Below are positions 13,227 through 26,351 of a stretch of 64,000 bases of DNA, piece by piece. The position numbers were made by a program, and so were the translations under genes. Every line of letters starts with the position of its first letter. The first letter of the stretch is position 1. The DNA is from Malacoraja senta (lineage: Eukaryota). The DNA is taken from positions 19,158,001 through 19,222,000 of the forward strand of contig CM075987.1 of NCBI GenBank assembly GCA_038087875.1, given 5' to 3'. Under the pieces are notes generated by a model. That model did not search any database. It saw nothing but the letters and a program-made list of their open reading frames with translations, and was not told where the DNA came from.

Positions 13227-13551
13227 GCAAGGTGGCGTAGCGGTAGAGCTACTGCCTTACAGCACCAGAGACCCGGGTTTAATCTTGACTACGGGAGCTT
13301 ATTTGTACGGAGTTTGTACGTTCTCCCCGTCACCTGAATGAGTTTTCTCCGAGATTTCTCTTGTGGGTGATAGGATGGTTCGGTTTACTCCCACTCGTAC
13401 ATGTTTGTAGGTTAATTTGCTTGGTATAAATGTAAAATTGTCCCTAATGTGTGTAGGATTGTGTTAATGTGCTGGGATTGTGGGTCAGTGTGGACTCGGT
13501 GGGCCAAAGGACATGTTTCGGCTCAGTATCTCTAACCTAAACTAAACTAAA
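13227..13551 (+). mobile_element. HE1-like tRNA-derived V-SINE
   Basis: A box GGTGGCGTAGCGG, degenerate B box, V-domain ggagtttgtacgttctccccgt, (CTAAA)n tail. Confidence 0.88.
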
Positions 13552-15752
13552 GCATATTCAACAAACCCTACCATGAATTGTGTACTGAACATTTGACTGA
13601 AACTGCAACTTGCACACCAGAGGGTTTCCTCCAGTCAGATGCTGTGAGTTACATATACTTGAATATTTGTTTTTTGTTCAAACTTATTCACAGCGGTTTA
13701 TTGCAGTGAATAATTGATGGGCAAATTACCCAATCTTCTGTCCTCTGGATGAGAAGGTTTATGTAAAGCTGATGTTTGTAGCAGCAAGAGCATTGGGATT
13801 AAGAAACCACCCAGGTTAATAAATGAGTCGAGCTGGCCAGATGGCTGAATTGGCCAATGTGATGAATGGTGAGGGTTATGAAATTTAATTTCTGCACAAC
13901 TTGTTGAGTACTGACTCATTCCACAGGCACCAACTCGAGCATGTTACTTGCTGAAGAAATGACGATCGTAGAGTTTTAGTAATTAGAGATCTACAGTTTA
14001 AAGAGATGTGTGTCTATGTACATGAATTATTTTCAGCTGCAAAATTCATTCTGTGAACCACTTTTGTCCAGAAAGCAAATCAGCACATAAATATTAATAA
14101 TAGACTTTCAACATAATTGCTGGGTAATTGATTTTTTTTTAAAAATCTCTCATGAGGTTACAGTGGAAATTGAAGCATCAGCTCAAGAGTAATAAACAAA
14201 AGACAATGTAAAATATAAATATCCTGAAATAACTGCTTTCTAAGTTGTTGGTATTAGGGAGGGACCGGTCTTGGTTCTAAGTGGAAGATGATCTCTTATC
14301 CAAACTTAATCCAGAAATGCTGTGTAATATGGAAACAGAAATGTGTGCCATCGGAAAATAAGGCAGATTTAATCTTGGTACCTTTGGCTGTATCCTAGCT
14401 ATTGGCTACAAAGGATGATATTGATAGTCACACGGAAAAACCGGGATTGTTTTTTTCCTCGGAACGAGGAGAGATTCCATGTTATGAGTGATTTTGATTG
14501 AACATATAAGGAGAATTTATTTTTGTCGTGTGGAATGGTAATCTAATACTTAAACATAAGAAAGATGATTCTTGATCTTCAGAGAATTGCTAAGATGTTG
14601 GACGGTTCACCCAAAATGATAGTAAAGTCAATTTCCAAAGAACCTTAAAATGGACAATTGTACAAATATTATCCTTGTGTTTCTGTGGGAGAAAAGGTTG
14701 GGGTTAGGGGGGAAAATTAAACGTTCATTGAAATTGGTGGTTTTGTGATGGTGAGGAGGATAGTCTGGCTACAGAATTATATTGATCAGTTTTTACGGTG
14801 GGAAGATCAGCCACCTTTGGAGGCCTAATATTTGTAAGAAATAAATAATGATTGGATTGTCTGTGCATTGTGGAACAGAGGGACATTGGTATATAACCCA
14901 AGGATCCCAGTAGGTGGCAGCACTTTATATAGAATAGAGAAGAAGCCATACAGGTACTCTGCTTCCTTAGTCTGGGCATGGAAAATAAGAGAAAGGAAAC
15001 TATGCAAGGTATTGATCAATCCACATCAAATTAGTGAATGGTTGGGTCTTTCTTCAGTCCCATCTCTCTATGGCTTTTTTTGTGTTTCAAAAAGATTACT
15101 TGTTATGGAGACTTGAGCTTTAAGGGATTGTCTTGTTATGGTAGTGACCAAGTATTTGAACAAGGAAACATTGAGCATCTAATTTGAAGGCAAGGTTTGA
15201 TTTATAATTGGCAATATATATTTATGATATGGTTTCAATTGAGGAAAGTCTTAAATGTTTACTGGTATTATTCAAGAATAACCTGTTGCCCAACAGGTTT
15301 GCCCATCAACCTGTTGGGCAAAAGAGTTGTGTACTTTTCCCAAATGCTAATGAGGACAAATAAGGAAATGCCTAAAAAGGTTTTCTGTAGGTCATATTGT
15401 ATTTATCTCTAAGTGCTTGGAGAAAGAGGCATATTTCAAAATGTCGTTAAAAGCAACTATCACAGCAGTGTCTGGAGGTAATGATTATCAGAGGCTCCTG
15501 CGGCTGTTTGAGACCATCTTCTATAGGGGGCGCTGGTGTCAAATAAGAAGCTTAGCAAAATAAGATGTTCGTAAACGACACAGTTTAAGTCGTGCAATCA
15601 AAGGATGGCCCTGAAATCTCCCAATTATATGTTAAAATGATTTTTAAAAATTGCTTGACCATCTGGGAAGTGAATCTTAAAATGATATTCCAGTGAAGTT
15701 CAAGATAAACAGGATGTTTATCGAATATACTTATTCAAACTTTTTTTTTCAG

Positions 15753-15868
15753 CGTCTTTCAATAGCTAAAGAATTTGGTGATAAAGCAGCTGAGAGAAGG
15801 GCCTACAGCAACCTGGGAAACGCACACATATTCCTGGGGAAATTTGATGTGGCTGCTGAATATTACAA
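15753..15868 (+). CDS. GPSM1: GPSM1-like exon 6: RLSIAKEFGDKAAERRAYSNLGNAHIFLGKFDVAAEYY(K)
   Basis: Acceptor tttttttttcag|, donor AA|GTAAGG; 116 nt; in frame. Confidence 0.95.
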
Positions 15869-16759
15869 GTAAGGTTTTATTCTTTGGTTCAAAATTGAAT
15901 GGTGCATTGCACTGTTAATTTTGCTTTGCAGGTGCAGTTCAGGCTTCACTGATGCTGATATGAATTCACAGAGTATTCAATCACATCGTACTTCATAGAT
16001 CCTGTATTTTATGAAAGTACCCATTCCCAAATACCCGACTTTGTACAGTTCAATGAGAATTGTCTGATTTTGTTTTTAAATTGTTGGATTGCTAAATTTT
16101 CAGTTTTTTTTTTTGCTTCAGGCTAAAAAGCTGCTTTTTATCTGAAGACTTGTCATTTTACTGTAAGACATAAACAGCGGCAATTTTAGAATGGTTACTG
16201 ATTTCATGATACTCATAAACTTCTAAACAAAAATATACAGTACACATATAACAGTTCACACTTGGTTATTGGGTGCTGTACATCGATCTAGTTTTAACTC
16301 TACAGAGGTGCCGATATGCTGTCCTGGTGCTTATCGTCACAAAAGAGCACAACTGACAAAGAAGCCCGTTAAATGAGTTCCTGTTTCTGTGATGATCAGT
16401 GTTAGACGAAGTCGCACGCTAGCTTTATGGCACAGGGTCAAGTCCAGATAAAGGTACATGAGATTATGTACTTAGAAATAAAATTCTCCTAAATTGCATT
16501 CAACTTGTTGAAGAAACAGCCACATCCTGAACTCCACTCTATTTCTGTTGCACAATTTCTGAAAGACCACATCTTATCGCTAGTAATGAGAATTCTTTGT
16601 GTTGTCATGTAACATTACATGTTTTTAATTCTTCAAAATATCTTTTGTCCAGTGTCAAAATGCACTTTCCCTTAAGGACTGCAATGTGTTTTTTCCTCCT
16701 CTTCATAAAAACACATCCAATTCCATTACAATAAGTATTGAATTGTCTTCAAGAAGAAG

Positions 16760-16870
16760 GTAGACACAAAATGCTGGAGTAACTCAACGGGACAGGCAGC
16801 AACGCTGGAGAGAAGGAATGGGTGGCGTTTTGGGCTAAGACCCTTCTTCAGACTGAATTCTCTTCAGACC
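16760..16870 (-). mobile_element. Penelope-like pLTR fragment
   Basis: agacacaaaatgctggagtaactc..gacccttcttcagact family sequence. Confidence 0.75.
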
Positions 16871-17206
16871 TTTTAAGGCAGCATTTTCCAGATATGGCCA
16901 GTCTCAGCTGGAGCACCAAAGCGGCTGTGCATTTTACTTCAGTGCCCATAAACAAAGAATGGGAACATCAATCAAGAATTTGAATACTTACTGGGACTGA
17001 CTATTTTGGCTCCCAGGTGTAGAGCCAAACAGAAGGGTAGCCTGGGAAAACACATCACAGTTCAAAGCATTATGGTGAGTGTGGCTTTAAAGAGTCACAA
17101 TGAATCAAATGACTGCTTTCTGCTCACAGAGATTCATGATGGTTTTGGGAGCAAGAGAAGATTGGAAAAGGAAATAAACAAAAAAACAAAAGAGAAATGT
17201 AGAATC

Positions 17207-18350
17207 GAGGAATTGCAGATGCAGGTTTGCAAAAACAAAAGACACAAAGTGCTAGAATAACTCTGCGGGCAAGATTTAATAGAAACTTGATCCAAGATGT
17301 CTTCGTTTTTAGTGAACATGGTATCCCCCCCCCCCCCCCCCCCACCTATCATAGATGGATCCCTCACCCACATCTTTTCTGTGGCCCTTAGTTCTGCTCT
17401 CACTCCCTCTCCACCCAGTCGCAACAAAGATCGAGTTCCCCTGGTCCTCGCCTTTCACTCTATCAGCCTCCGCATCCAACAAATCACCCTCTGTCATCTC
17501 CAACGTGATCCCACCACTAGTCGCAATTTTCCATCTCCACCCTTTTCTACCTTGTGCAGAGACTGATTCCTGCACAACTCCATGGTTCACTCATCCCCAC
17601 CCAAACCACCCTCTCCTCAGGTACTTCCCCCTGCAACCACAGGAGATGTTACACCTGTCCCTTTACCTTCTTCCTTGCCTCCATCAAGGGATCCTTCCAT
17701 GTCAGACAGAGGGTCACATGCACCATCTCGAACCTCATCTACAGCATTCCCTGTTCCTGATAAGTGCTTCTGTACATCAGCGAGACCAAGCGTAGACTCG
17801 ACGAATGCTTTGCCAAACACTTGAGCTCAGTCCGCCAAGGCTACTGGATCTCCTGGTTGGTAACCGTTTTAATTCCCCTTCGCACTCCCTATACTGATCT
17901 TTCTGTCCTGGGCCACCTCCATTGGCAGAATGAAGCCATACACAAACTGGAGAAACAGCACCTCATATTCTGCTTGGGTAGCTTACAACCCAACGGTATG
18001 AGCATTGAATTTTCCAATATTAAATAACTAACCCACAACAACCTCCTTCCCCCTCACTGAAATCTGGCTGACCTCACACCGACTTCCCCACTCCCCATCC
18101 GCTAGCACCTTTCACAATGGATGCACAATTCACAACATTTCAATCCCTGAGCTTAATAATTTGCAGGCCTCTGGCTCCTTTCAGGCTCACAGCTGCCTCT
18201 TCATCTCTGTCCTTTGTCCAACAATCTGCTTAACAAATCCCTCGCCTGTGTTCGCCTATTACTGGCTCTGCTGTGTCCTGCCTCTTCTCCCAACTTTCTT
18301 TCCCGTCCCCTTACAATCAGTCTGAAGAAGGGTTCTGAGCATTTTGTGTT
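17207..18350 (+). mobile_element. Penelope-like element (Neptune-type) with an inverted pLTR at its 5' side; decayed RT C-terminus, Cys linker and GIY-YIG endonuclease
   Basis: Frameshifted peptides NKDRVPLVLAFH, PCNHRRCYTCP, NLIYSIPCS/LLYISETKRRL..KLEKQHLIFCLGSLQPNGMSIEF; ends in cagtctgaagaaggg. Confidence 0.88.
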
Positions 18351-19190
18351 TTGCTCCTTGGCTAAAAAGCTTTCTTCTGTTTTCTGATTAACTCTGCAAC
18401 ATTTTGTGATAAGTACAGCTTAGCCTTGAAGTTCTAAGTCTTGAAACTTGCCTGCAGAAATACCTGGCAGCTGCGCAGACACGGAAAGTTGCAGGTTGTG
18501 AGGGGCTGTTTTACTGGTAATTGGCTTACTGCTGTCCCTTAAAATCTGAAAATTTGTTTATGGTGGAGACATTTTTTCCCCTTTTAAGTTTGAGCATTTT
18601 TCATTACCAGCTTTTTGACTTTTTCTTTCTAAAAATGCTGGGATAGAATATGCCTCTCTCTCCAGAAGGCTATTTTCCAATTTTTGTTCGCATTTCTCAG
18701 CTCAGCCCCGGCATCCTATACCCACCATCCTAACTTCAGATATGGCATGATTGTGATCGTGTTCCTACTCATTTTTCATTTACTGCCAATTAAAATAGTA
18801 AAAGAATGCATGTACTTGTAAAGCACTTTCTTTTGCTCTTGCAAAAGCCTGCTCCAAAGCACTGTACAACCGTTGTACAATTTTAGTCATGCTTTAGGAA
18901 GCTCATCAGCTAGTTTACTGCACCAAGTTCCAACAAACAAGTAATCTACCTTTGGATCTATTGACAGAGAACGTCATGGAATCCTTTCTAATTTTGGAAA
19001 GTAGATCGGTAATTGTATTGCTTCTCCATAAAGGCTAATAAAATAACAACTAGAGTGTTGTAAGATTTTTGTGATGATATCCAAACTGTCTAAATTATGT
19101 AAGTAATGCTTACTTTGTGATATTGCATTTCCTTATTAGGAATCAGTTTGATTAACTTTGTCAATGGACTTTTTGCTTTAATCTCCACAG

Positions 19191-19346
19191 AAAAACTCTT
19201 CATATGTCAAGACAGCTGAAGGACCAGGCAGTTGAAGCTCAAGCTTGTTATAGCCTGGGCAACACACATACTCTGCTGGAGGATTATGAGAAAGCTATCG
19301 ACTACCATCTCAAACATCTTTCCATTGCTCAGGAACTGAATGATAG
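19191..19346 (+). CDS. GPSM1: GPSM1-like exon 7: KTLHMSRQLKDQAVEAQACYSLGNTHTLLEDYEKAIDYHLKHLSIAQELND(R)
   Basis: Acceptor ctccacag|, donor AG|GTACAA; 156 nt; in frame. Confidence 0.95.
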
Positions 19347-20580
19347 GTACAAGTTTGATTACATTGATTATTAAAAAATTGTCGTATATGTTAATTCGTG
19401 TTGGTATTTGTTTGATTTTCCTCGTGCGGTGTTACTGATACCAGCTTTTACTTTTTGCCTTCCTGTTTTTCATAGAAATAATATCTCATTGAACATGTAG
19501 TCATCGTGTGCATCAGCTTCCTGAGGATGATGTTAGAAACAATTAGCATTGATTCATTCAGTTGGTGTGGGTTACAGTATATTAGTAATTTGGAACATGG
19601 CATGCATCGAGGGATTGGGTGACTTTGACCTACAATTCCTAAAGGCCTCCATACAGGCGTTTCCTTGCTTCATGCCTAAAGCTATTGTCTCCTAATTAAT
19701 ATAAATGCATTGCAATGGTTTGTAAACAACAATGGTAAAATCCCATGAAAGTAAATATATGGTCTTTTATCAACCTATGTTTTCACTATAGTAGGAACAA
19801 TGGTGAGTGGGCTTTTAACTCTTCGGAGAATAATTATTTCTATCTTGGCTTTGAAAGTAACAATTCATCATATTTCAGTTATGTGTTGAATTTTAAGCTC
19901 AGCATAAAAGGAGCAATTAATATTTCATTTTACCTGCAAAATAAAATCTCTATAACTTGCTGTTAAAACATTTCAGTTCAGAAGAATAAAGCATATCACT
20001 ATACATCTTTGGTTGCTTTGGTGACTATATACTCCTTTAGAGGGGTATACAGCAGGGAGATCTTGATTCTGTACTTCAAGGAGGGCTGCTGTTGGGAAAA
20101 ACTTACTGGTTTTACCTGACCCAGGAATGGAACAGACGTTGTATGTGGGTTTTTTCATGCTCTATTAAGTTTAGAAAAATGTTGCTCTATAAACTAATCA
20201 AAGTGTTTGTAGTTTTGGAAGTATTTGGTAAGCTCAGTGTAAAGGAACAATTCATTCAAGTGAAAGGAATCTTAAAACTAAGGTACGACCATTTTGGAGG
20301 TAAATTTGGAAGTTTTTGTTTTATTCCAAGGGACAGTAAAAATTGGGAATTCATCCCCAAATAGCTGTAGATGATAAATCAATTAAAACTTTCAAGGCAT
20401 GTTATATCTTTTTTGGCAAAAAATTTAAGAGGGATATGAAGCAAAGGCAATTAAAAGGAGTTGATGCGCAGTACAACAGAGGAAGTGGTCTTTTGGCCCA
20501 CAATGTCCTTGGCGAACATGATATCAAGTTATACCAATGTCCTCTATCTGCATGTCCATCCCTGTACCTCTCCTTGCATA

Positions 20581-20836
20581 CTGCGCAATTCCAAACACCT
20601 GTGAAGCCATGTGTCCCAAACATTATGGTGCCCTGAAATGGGGGGGGAACTATGTATAAACACAGCTGTAATTTCAACATGGTGAAACCAAAATGTATAA
20701 AAATGGCCTTTATTAAAATCTGACAATGTGCTATTTAACCACATGAGATTTTTTCTATTACAAATCTCAAATTGTGGAGTACAGAGGCAAATAAATAAAT
20801 GATGGGTCTTTGTCCCAAACATTATGGAGGGCACTG
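20581..20836. mobile_element. Solo terminal inverted repeat of the same Tc1 family as 26352-28040
   Basis: Closely similar to ~27770-28040; ends ..GGAGGGCACTG followed by TA; has inner and outer DRs. Confidence 0.9.
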
Positions 20837-21391
20837 TACATCAGAATGTCTTTGGACCTTTCTGCAGTGTTTATGCTGACCTCTCAAAACAAATGCAATC
20901 CTGTATTTTTCTTCATACGTGCAACTTGCCCATCTGATGTTCTGGGTTGAAGTTTGCTTGGCTACAGTGTGTTGGCAACTTTCCCAATGAACCTTCATCC
21001 CTTTCATGATTATTTTACCATCTTCGGTCAGTCTGGCCTTATTATCTTTACATATATAAGAAAATCTGTTATGAGAATCCAATAAATTGTGGTGCAGATG
21101 ACACTCTGACCATGTAAACAAACAGCCAGATGAAAATTTATGTAGTTTCACACTTTTCATATTATAGCTAGTTGTATGGTCTCCAATGTCTCCAAATTCA
21201 TGAATTTTGTTATGCAGTAAAGGATGGGCACCATCCTACTATACTACTTTATAGTATAGAAAAGAGATAACAGAAATATGTTTGATTGAATTTGACAACC
21301 GATGAAAGAAAAATATTCTAAACTCATTTTCAGTTGTACGATAGGGCGCAAGAAACTGAGTTATCAGGTGTTCTTTTTGGTTTTTGGACAG

Positions 21392-21500
21392 AGTTGGCGA
21401 AGGAAGAGCGTGTTGGAGTCTGGGAAATGCCTACGTATCACTTGGGAGCCATGTGCAAGGGCTGCATTTTGCGTCAAGACACCTAGAAATCTCCAGAAAG
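21392..21500 (+). CDS. GPSM1: GPSM1-like exon 8: VGEGRACWSLGNAYVSLGSHVQGLHFASRHLEISRK
   Basis: Acceptor tttttggacag|, donor AAG|GTGAGA; 109 nt; last exon found before the gap. Confidence 0.95.
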
Positions 21501-21700
21501 GTGAGAAAACTTCACACCCACATCATAGAATCTTACAGCATTGGAGGCTGCCACTTGGCCTAATGTACTTCTGCTGATTGTTTGAAAGGTCTGTCTTATT
21601 TCCTGATACCCATACATCTATTTCCCCTTGTCCATTTGTGTTCCTCGTAACCAGTTGTCTTTTGAAATTTACTTTCTGAATCTGCGTTCAACATCCCTTC

Positions 21701-21813
21701 AGGAGAAGGCAGGAACGGGGTACTGATTGGGGATGATCAGCCATGATCACATTGAATGGCGGTGCTGGCTCGAAGGGCCGAATGGCCTACTCCTGCACCT
21801 ATTGTCTATTGTC
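21701..21813 (+). mobile_element. CR1 LINE 3' end
   Basis: gatcagccatgatcacattgaatggcgg..gaagggccgaatggcctactcctgcacct with (attgtct) tail. Confidence 0.8.
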
Positions 21814-22209
21814 AGGCAGCGTAGTCCAGATTTGAAGTAACTTCATATTTTTCAGCAAAGTTCTGATCATCTCAACTTTATTCCATATGTCAGTCACCTT
21901 CCATATATCCCCTTTCCATCAGTGGATGCAGTTTATCACTATTTAATCTTTTCTATTTTCCCTGTTCTAACGAGAACAGTCTTGGTTCAGGGCAGAGAGA
22001 AGCATGAAATATCTACTCCACACACATTGCACTCGATGGAATAATCCAATAATTTCCAAGACTGACAGAGAAGAATGACTGAACATGAAATCAAATGAGC
22101 CTCATAAATAATCTTGCCATTTTATAACATACATGTTCAAAATATTCTGAACAGTTTGCTGTAAATGTCTTTATCTCAATGTACATAGTTAATGAGATTA
22201 ATTGTTGAC

Positions 22210-22409
22210 NNNNNNNNNNNNNNNNNNNNNNNNNNNNNNNNNNNNNNNNNNNNNNNNNNNNNNNNNNNNNNNNNNNNNNNNNNNNNNNNNNNNNNNNNNN
22301 NNNNNNNNNNNNNNNNNNNNNNNNNNNNNNNNNNNNNNNNNNNNNNNNNNNNNNNNNNNNNNNNNNNNNNNNNNNNNNNNNNNNNNNNNNNNNNNNNNNN
22401 NNNNNNNNN
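22210..22409. other. Assembly gap (exactly 200 N)
   Basis: Round-number N run, typical of a scaffolding join of unknown true size. Confidence 0.99.
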
Positions 22410-22811
22410 GGGCAGAGCAGATGCTGTTCGATTTCTATCTGTGTATTAAAACAGTTTTTTTCTAACCTGATTGCTTCTCTTTAGTTGCTGTTTGATTATT
22501 GAAACATATTTTCAACAATGATAGAATTAGTAGCAACATTTAAAAGGCATCTGGACAGGTATGTGAATGAGCAAGCAGAGGGGTAAGGCATTAATGCGGG
22601 CAAGTGCAATTAGCATGGATAGATCTGGCAGCAGACATAGAAGTTGTAGACTGAAGGGGATATTTTTTATAGTGTACAACTGTTTCCCAGCTCGAGAGAG
22701 ATTGTCTCTCAACGTCTATACCAGGTAGTTAATGGTATTTTAATTTGAAATTCAAGGCAGAAGTCTGCATGAGTATCTCCGTGTTGGAGTGTGGCTTAAT
22801 CCCACCTCCAT

Positions 22812-23114
22812 CTTTAACTTTAGACTTTAGAGATATAGTGCGGAAACAGGCCCTTCGGCCCACTGTGTCCATGCCGACCAGCGAGCACCCCAAACACTAA
22901 CATCTCTCCTAGACACCGGGGACAGTTTTACCATTTTTACCAAAGCCTATTAACCTACGAACTTGTACGTCTTTAGTGTGTGGGAGAAAACTGGAGCACC
23001 CGGAGAAAACCCTTGCAGTTTCAGAGAGTACTTACAAACTCTGTACGGACAGCACGCATAGTCAGGATTGAACCTGGGTCTCTGGCGCTGTAAGGCAGCA
23101 ACTCTACTGCTGCA
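22812..23114 (-). mobile_element. HE1-like V-SINE
   Basis: Same family as 11196-11477. Confidence 0.85.
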
Positions 23115-23289
23115 CAGTCCCTTACAATCTCACAGTACACTTTTTTTCTCTCTAACTACGCAATGCTGAATTAATTGAATTAAATAGAAGTTAAAGTGCA
23201 GAAATGAGCTATCATCGCATCCAGTCAAATATTGTGTCTGCTTCAGTCTGCTTTCCAAGCAATACATCCTTCTGAAGACATGAAATTGA

Positions 23290-24140
23290 TCGAGTGTGAA
23301 TAGCAAGGAATGTTGTAGACGGATACAGATCAATTGGAAATTTTGGTGAAGAGAATGAAGTGTGAGGTGATGCATTTTGGGAGGTAGAATACAAGAGGAA
23401 AGTATACAGTGAATGGCAGGCTACTTGGGAGTGTTGATCACAGAAAGATCCTGGACTGCATGTCCATAGCTTCCTCAATGTGGCAACACAAATGGACAGA
23501 GTGGTAAAGGTTGTTGCATTGGTGGACATTGAGTACACAAGTTGGGAAGTTGTGTTCAGTTGTTTAAAACTTTGGTTAGACCACATTTGGAGTATTGTGT
23601 GCAGCTCTGGTCACTTCATTATAGGAATCCTTCGGACATGGTGCAGAAGGGGTCCATAAGTTCATGTCATCTACTCCAGTTCATCAGGATGTTGCCTGGA
23701 TTGGAATTAATTTTGCAATAACGAGAAAGATGACATGTTTGGATTGTTTTCAAATAAGTTTTGGAGGCTGAGTGGCAACCTAATAGAAGTATATAAATCA
23801 CAAGCAGCGTAGATAGGGCAGATAGTCTTTGCCAATGATGGAAAAGTCAGATACCAGAGGGCATAGCTTTAAGGTTAAATGAAGTGGGTTTAATGGAGAT
23901 TTGTGAGGCCATTTAAAAAAAATTTTTTTTTTACAGAGTGTGGTAGATGCCTGCAAGAACACTGCAGGGTATATAGTAGAACCATATATGATGGTAATGT
24001 TTGAGAGTTATCAACAGGCAGGCAATAGAGGAATATTGACCACATGCAAGCAGATAGGATTAATTTTGATTGGCATCATGGTTGGCACAGATGGGTCAAA
24101 GGGTTGTTCCACTGCTGTATATTCTATTTTATGTTATATT
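23290..24140 (+). mobile_element. Decayed CR1 LINE 3' portion
   Basis: KCEVMHFG-like and gttagaccacatttggagtattgtgtgcag (RPHLEYCVQ) motifs with many indels. Confidence 0.8.
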
Positions 24141-24584
24141 CTTTTTTCAGATGCACAGGATCGTCAGGAGGCCAGTGTTCCTATCACGTTCTTTTTCTGT
24201 TCACTAATTCTTGCTCATTCCACCAATATGAACAGGTTCTCTCTTGGTAATTAGTCTAGAGTGTTAATAATAGTAGATTTGTAATATCTTGTAATAGTGA
24301 TTCTTATAATATCCACATAACTGATGTTCCTCTTTGGAATAGTTTTAGTAAATCTCTTGTTCCATCTGTATAGCCATGTATATCCTTCCTGATCCACTCA
24401 GAACTGGGCACGGTCCTCCAATTCTAGCTGATCTACTGTTTTATATATGTTATGATTGTTCTCCTCCCCACCAATATATATTTGTCTCGCCTATCCATGC
24501 TATTCATCTTGGCTATTATTTGTTAAATTATTAAACGTTCCAAATTCTTGGAATGAGAATGTTTACTCCATTTCATACCTGTTA

Positions 24585-24722
24585 AATGGTGTCAGAGATT
24601 ATGGGGAGAAGGTGTGAGAATGGGGTTAGGAGGGAGAGATAGATCAGCCACGATTGCAAGGTGGTGTAGATTTGATGGGCAGAATGGCCTAATTCTGCTC
24701 CTCACACTCATGATCTAATGAT
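24585..24722 (+). mobile_element. CR1 LINE 3' end
   Basis: atggggagaagg..gatcagcc..gggcagaatggcctaattctgctcct. Confidence 0.75.
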
Positions 24723-25254
24723 TCGCCAGGAAAATAAACTCCAACGTGGTCCTGATGTGGAGTAATTGACTTGAGGTTTTATTTTCAGTTGGAGACTTGC
24801 AGATGTGTTGCCCCTGGCCGTGTTCAGCTTGTTGCTGCTTTTGTTTATGCACAATGTATATGTTGAGCAACTGAGACTGATAACTAGCTAATTAATGATT
24901 CGTGCCTGGGAATCAGAGCAGTCGGCTTTCAAAAGGCTGTCTGTGTGTGGAAAGATCGAACACTCATTGATGTTTGAAACCAAAAGTCACGACGTTGGAT
25001 TTTTGCATGAATGGTCAGTATTTCCTTCCACTGACCTTCCAGTGGGAGCTTTGGTTATAATGATGTCAGAAACAACGGGGTGCGGCTTCCACTCTTTCTT
25101 CACCGTGCCTCATCCTCTGTACACGACCACACAGCCCAAATGCATAAGCAGATGGAGAGTTAACAGCTGGGAGGAGTTTCTCGAGCTGGCTTGGCTGATT
25201 TATTCCTGTCACTGCTACATTTGTGTGGTAAAAGGTAGGCAAGTCGATGACTTC

Positions 25255-25313
25255 ATGGCTTTGTTTCCTAGCAATGAGAATGGGAGATTAACAACAAGGA
25301 CAATATCATCCAG
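25255..25313 (+). CDS. Candidate alternative first coding exon MALFPSNENGRLTTRTISS(R), phase-2 donor
   Basis: ATG in ttcATGG context; donor CAG|GTAAAA leaves AG, which with the A at 2170 gives R-MEASC. Ends in ..SR like the GPSM1 N-terminus (..LYSR-MEASC). Confidence 0.5.
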
Positions 25314-26351
25314 GTAAAATGATTGTGCATCTGACATCTGTTCTCATCTGGGTACATCTATGTTGCAGTCTCTATTTGTTCATGTGTCTTTTGCTTAATC
25401 AATTTGTATTTTTACAACTTGCAAATGTTGTTAAGATTTGGAATAAACATTATGTCTGTATTTAAATGACATTAACTTATTCTGTTTTCTTGAACAATCT
25501 TTTTTTATCTCACACCAGTTGAATCCAAATATTTATTTTAATAGTAAATAATGGTAATGACATATTTACATCTCAATTTCAAATATGTTTTCTAATAGAC
25601 TTTATCTCTACTCTGTGTAGTTTGAGTCTGTATGCAAATCTATCAGACACGTATGTACCTAAGCCGTGTTTAAGTCCCATTTTTCACCTTGCAGTCTTTT
25701 TTAAAGGTTACTAAATAAGGAATATTAGTATTCATCACCACATCTCTGGCTCTCGTGTGCAGTCTTGCTCCTTCCAAGTTGTTAGCAATCTTTTAAAATA
25801 AAGCATCTCACGACTGGTGTATAGTTTGAACAATGCAATGTGATTGACATTAATGCTTGTTGGATATAATTGCATTGATGCTTGGGACAAAACACAAGGG
25901 AGTAATACACACCAAAGCTTTAATAAACATACAGCATGTCACCAGCAGTATTGATTCTTCTTGCAATTGATATCTTTCTGTGTTTGTGTTATTGGGCAAA
26001 TATCCTGCACTTGCATACAAGCTTATAAAATTGAACGGTGGAAAATTATTATCAAGCAAGATTTTTCGTAATTTCCCTTTTTTTTTCTTCCAAGTAACAA
26101 TGAAACATTCAGAGTACCGATACAGCAAAGGGAAAGTAAAAGTACTCAATAATATAACACAAAGAAATTTGATTTCTGTGGTGTTTATATTTTAACAATG
26201 CTTTGAGTTTTTTGAATTGCAATGCGAGAGTCCACAAACAATGAGACCAAAAGATCTGCAGTAAAATCAAATGCTGAAATGCATGATTTAAGTTGCCTTG
26301 AATAATTCTTATCTGGAGTATAACTTGTGCATTATTGTCATTTGTCAGCTA

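Noticed and set aside
13227-13300. tRNA-like sequence with A and B boxes
   Set aside because: SINE head followed by V-domain and LINE tail; no proper cloverleaf.
22192-22465. ORFs containing X runs
   Set aside because: Artefacts of the N gap.
15753-23114. Exons 6-8 (381 nt, phase 0-0) as a stop-free circRNA driven by SINEs at 13227 and 22812
   Set aside because: The second SINE lies beyond the gap, so adjacency is unverified, and any symmetric exon block gives a stop-free circle.
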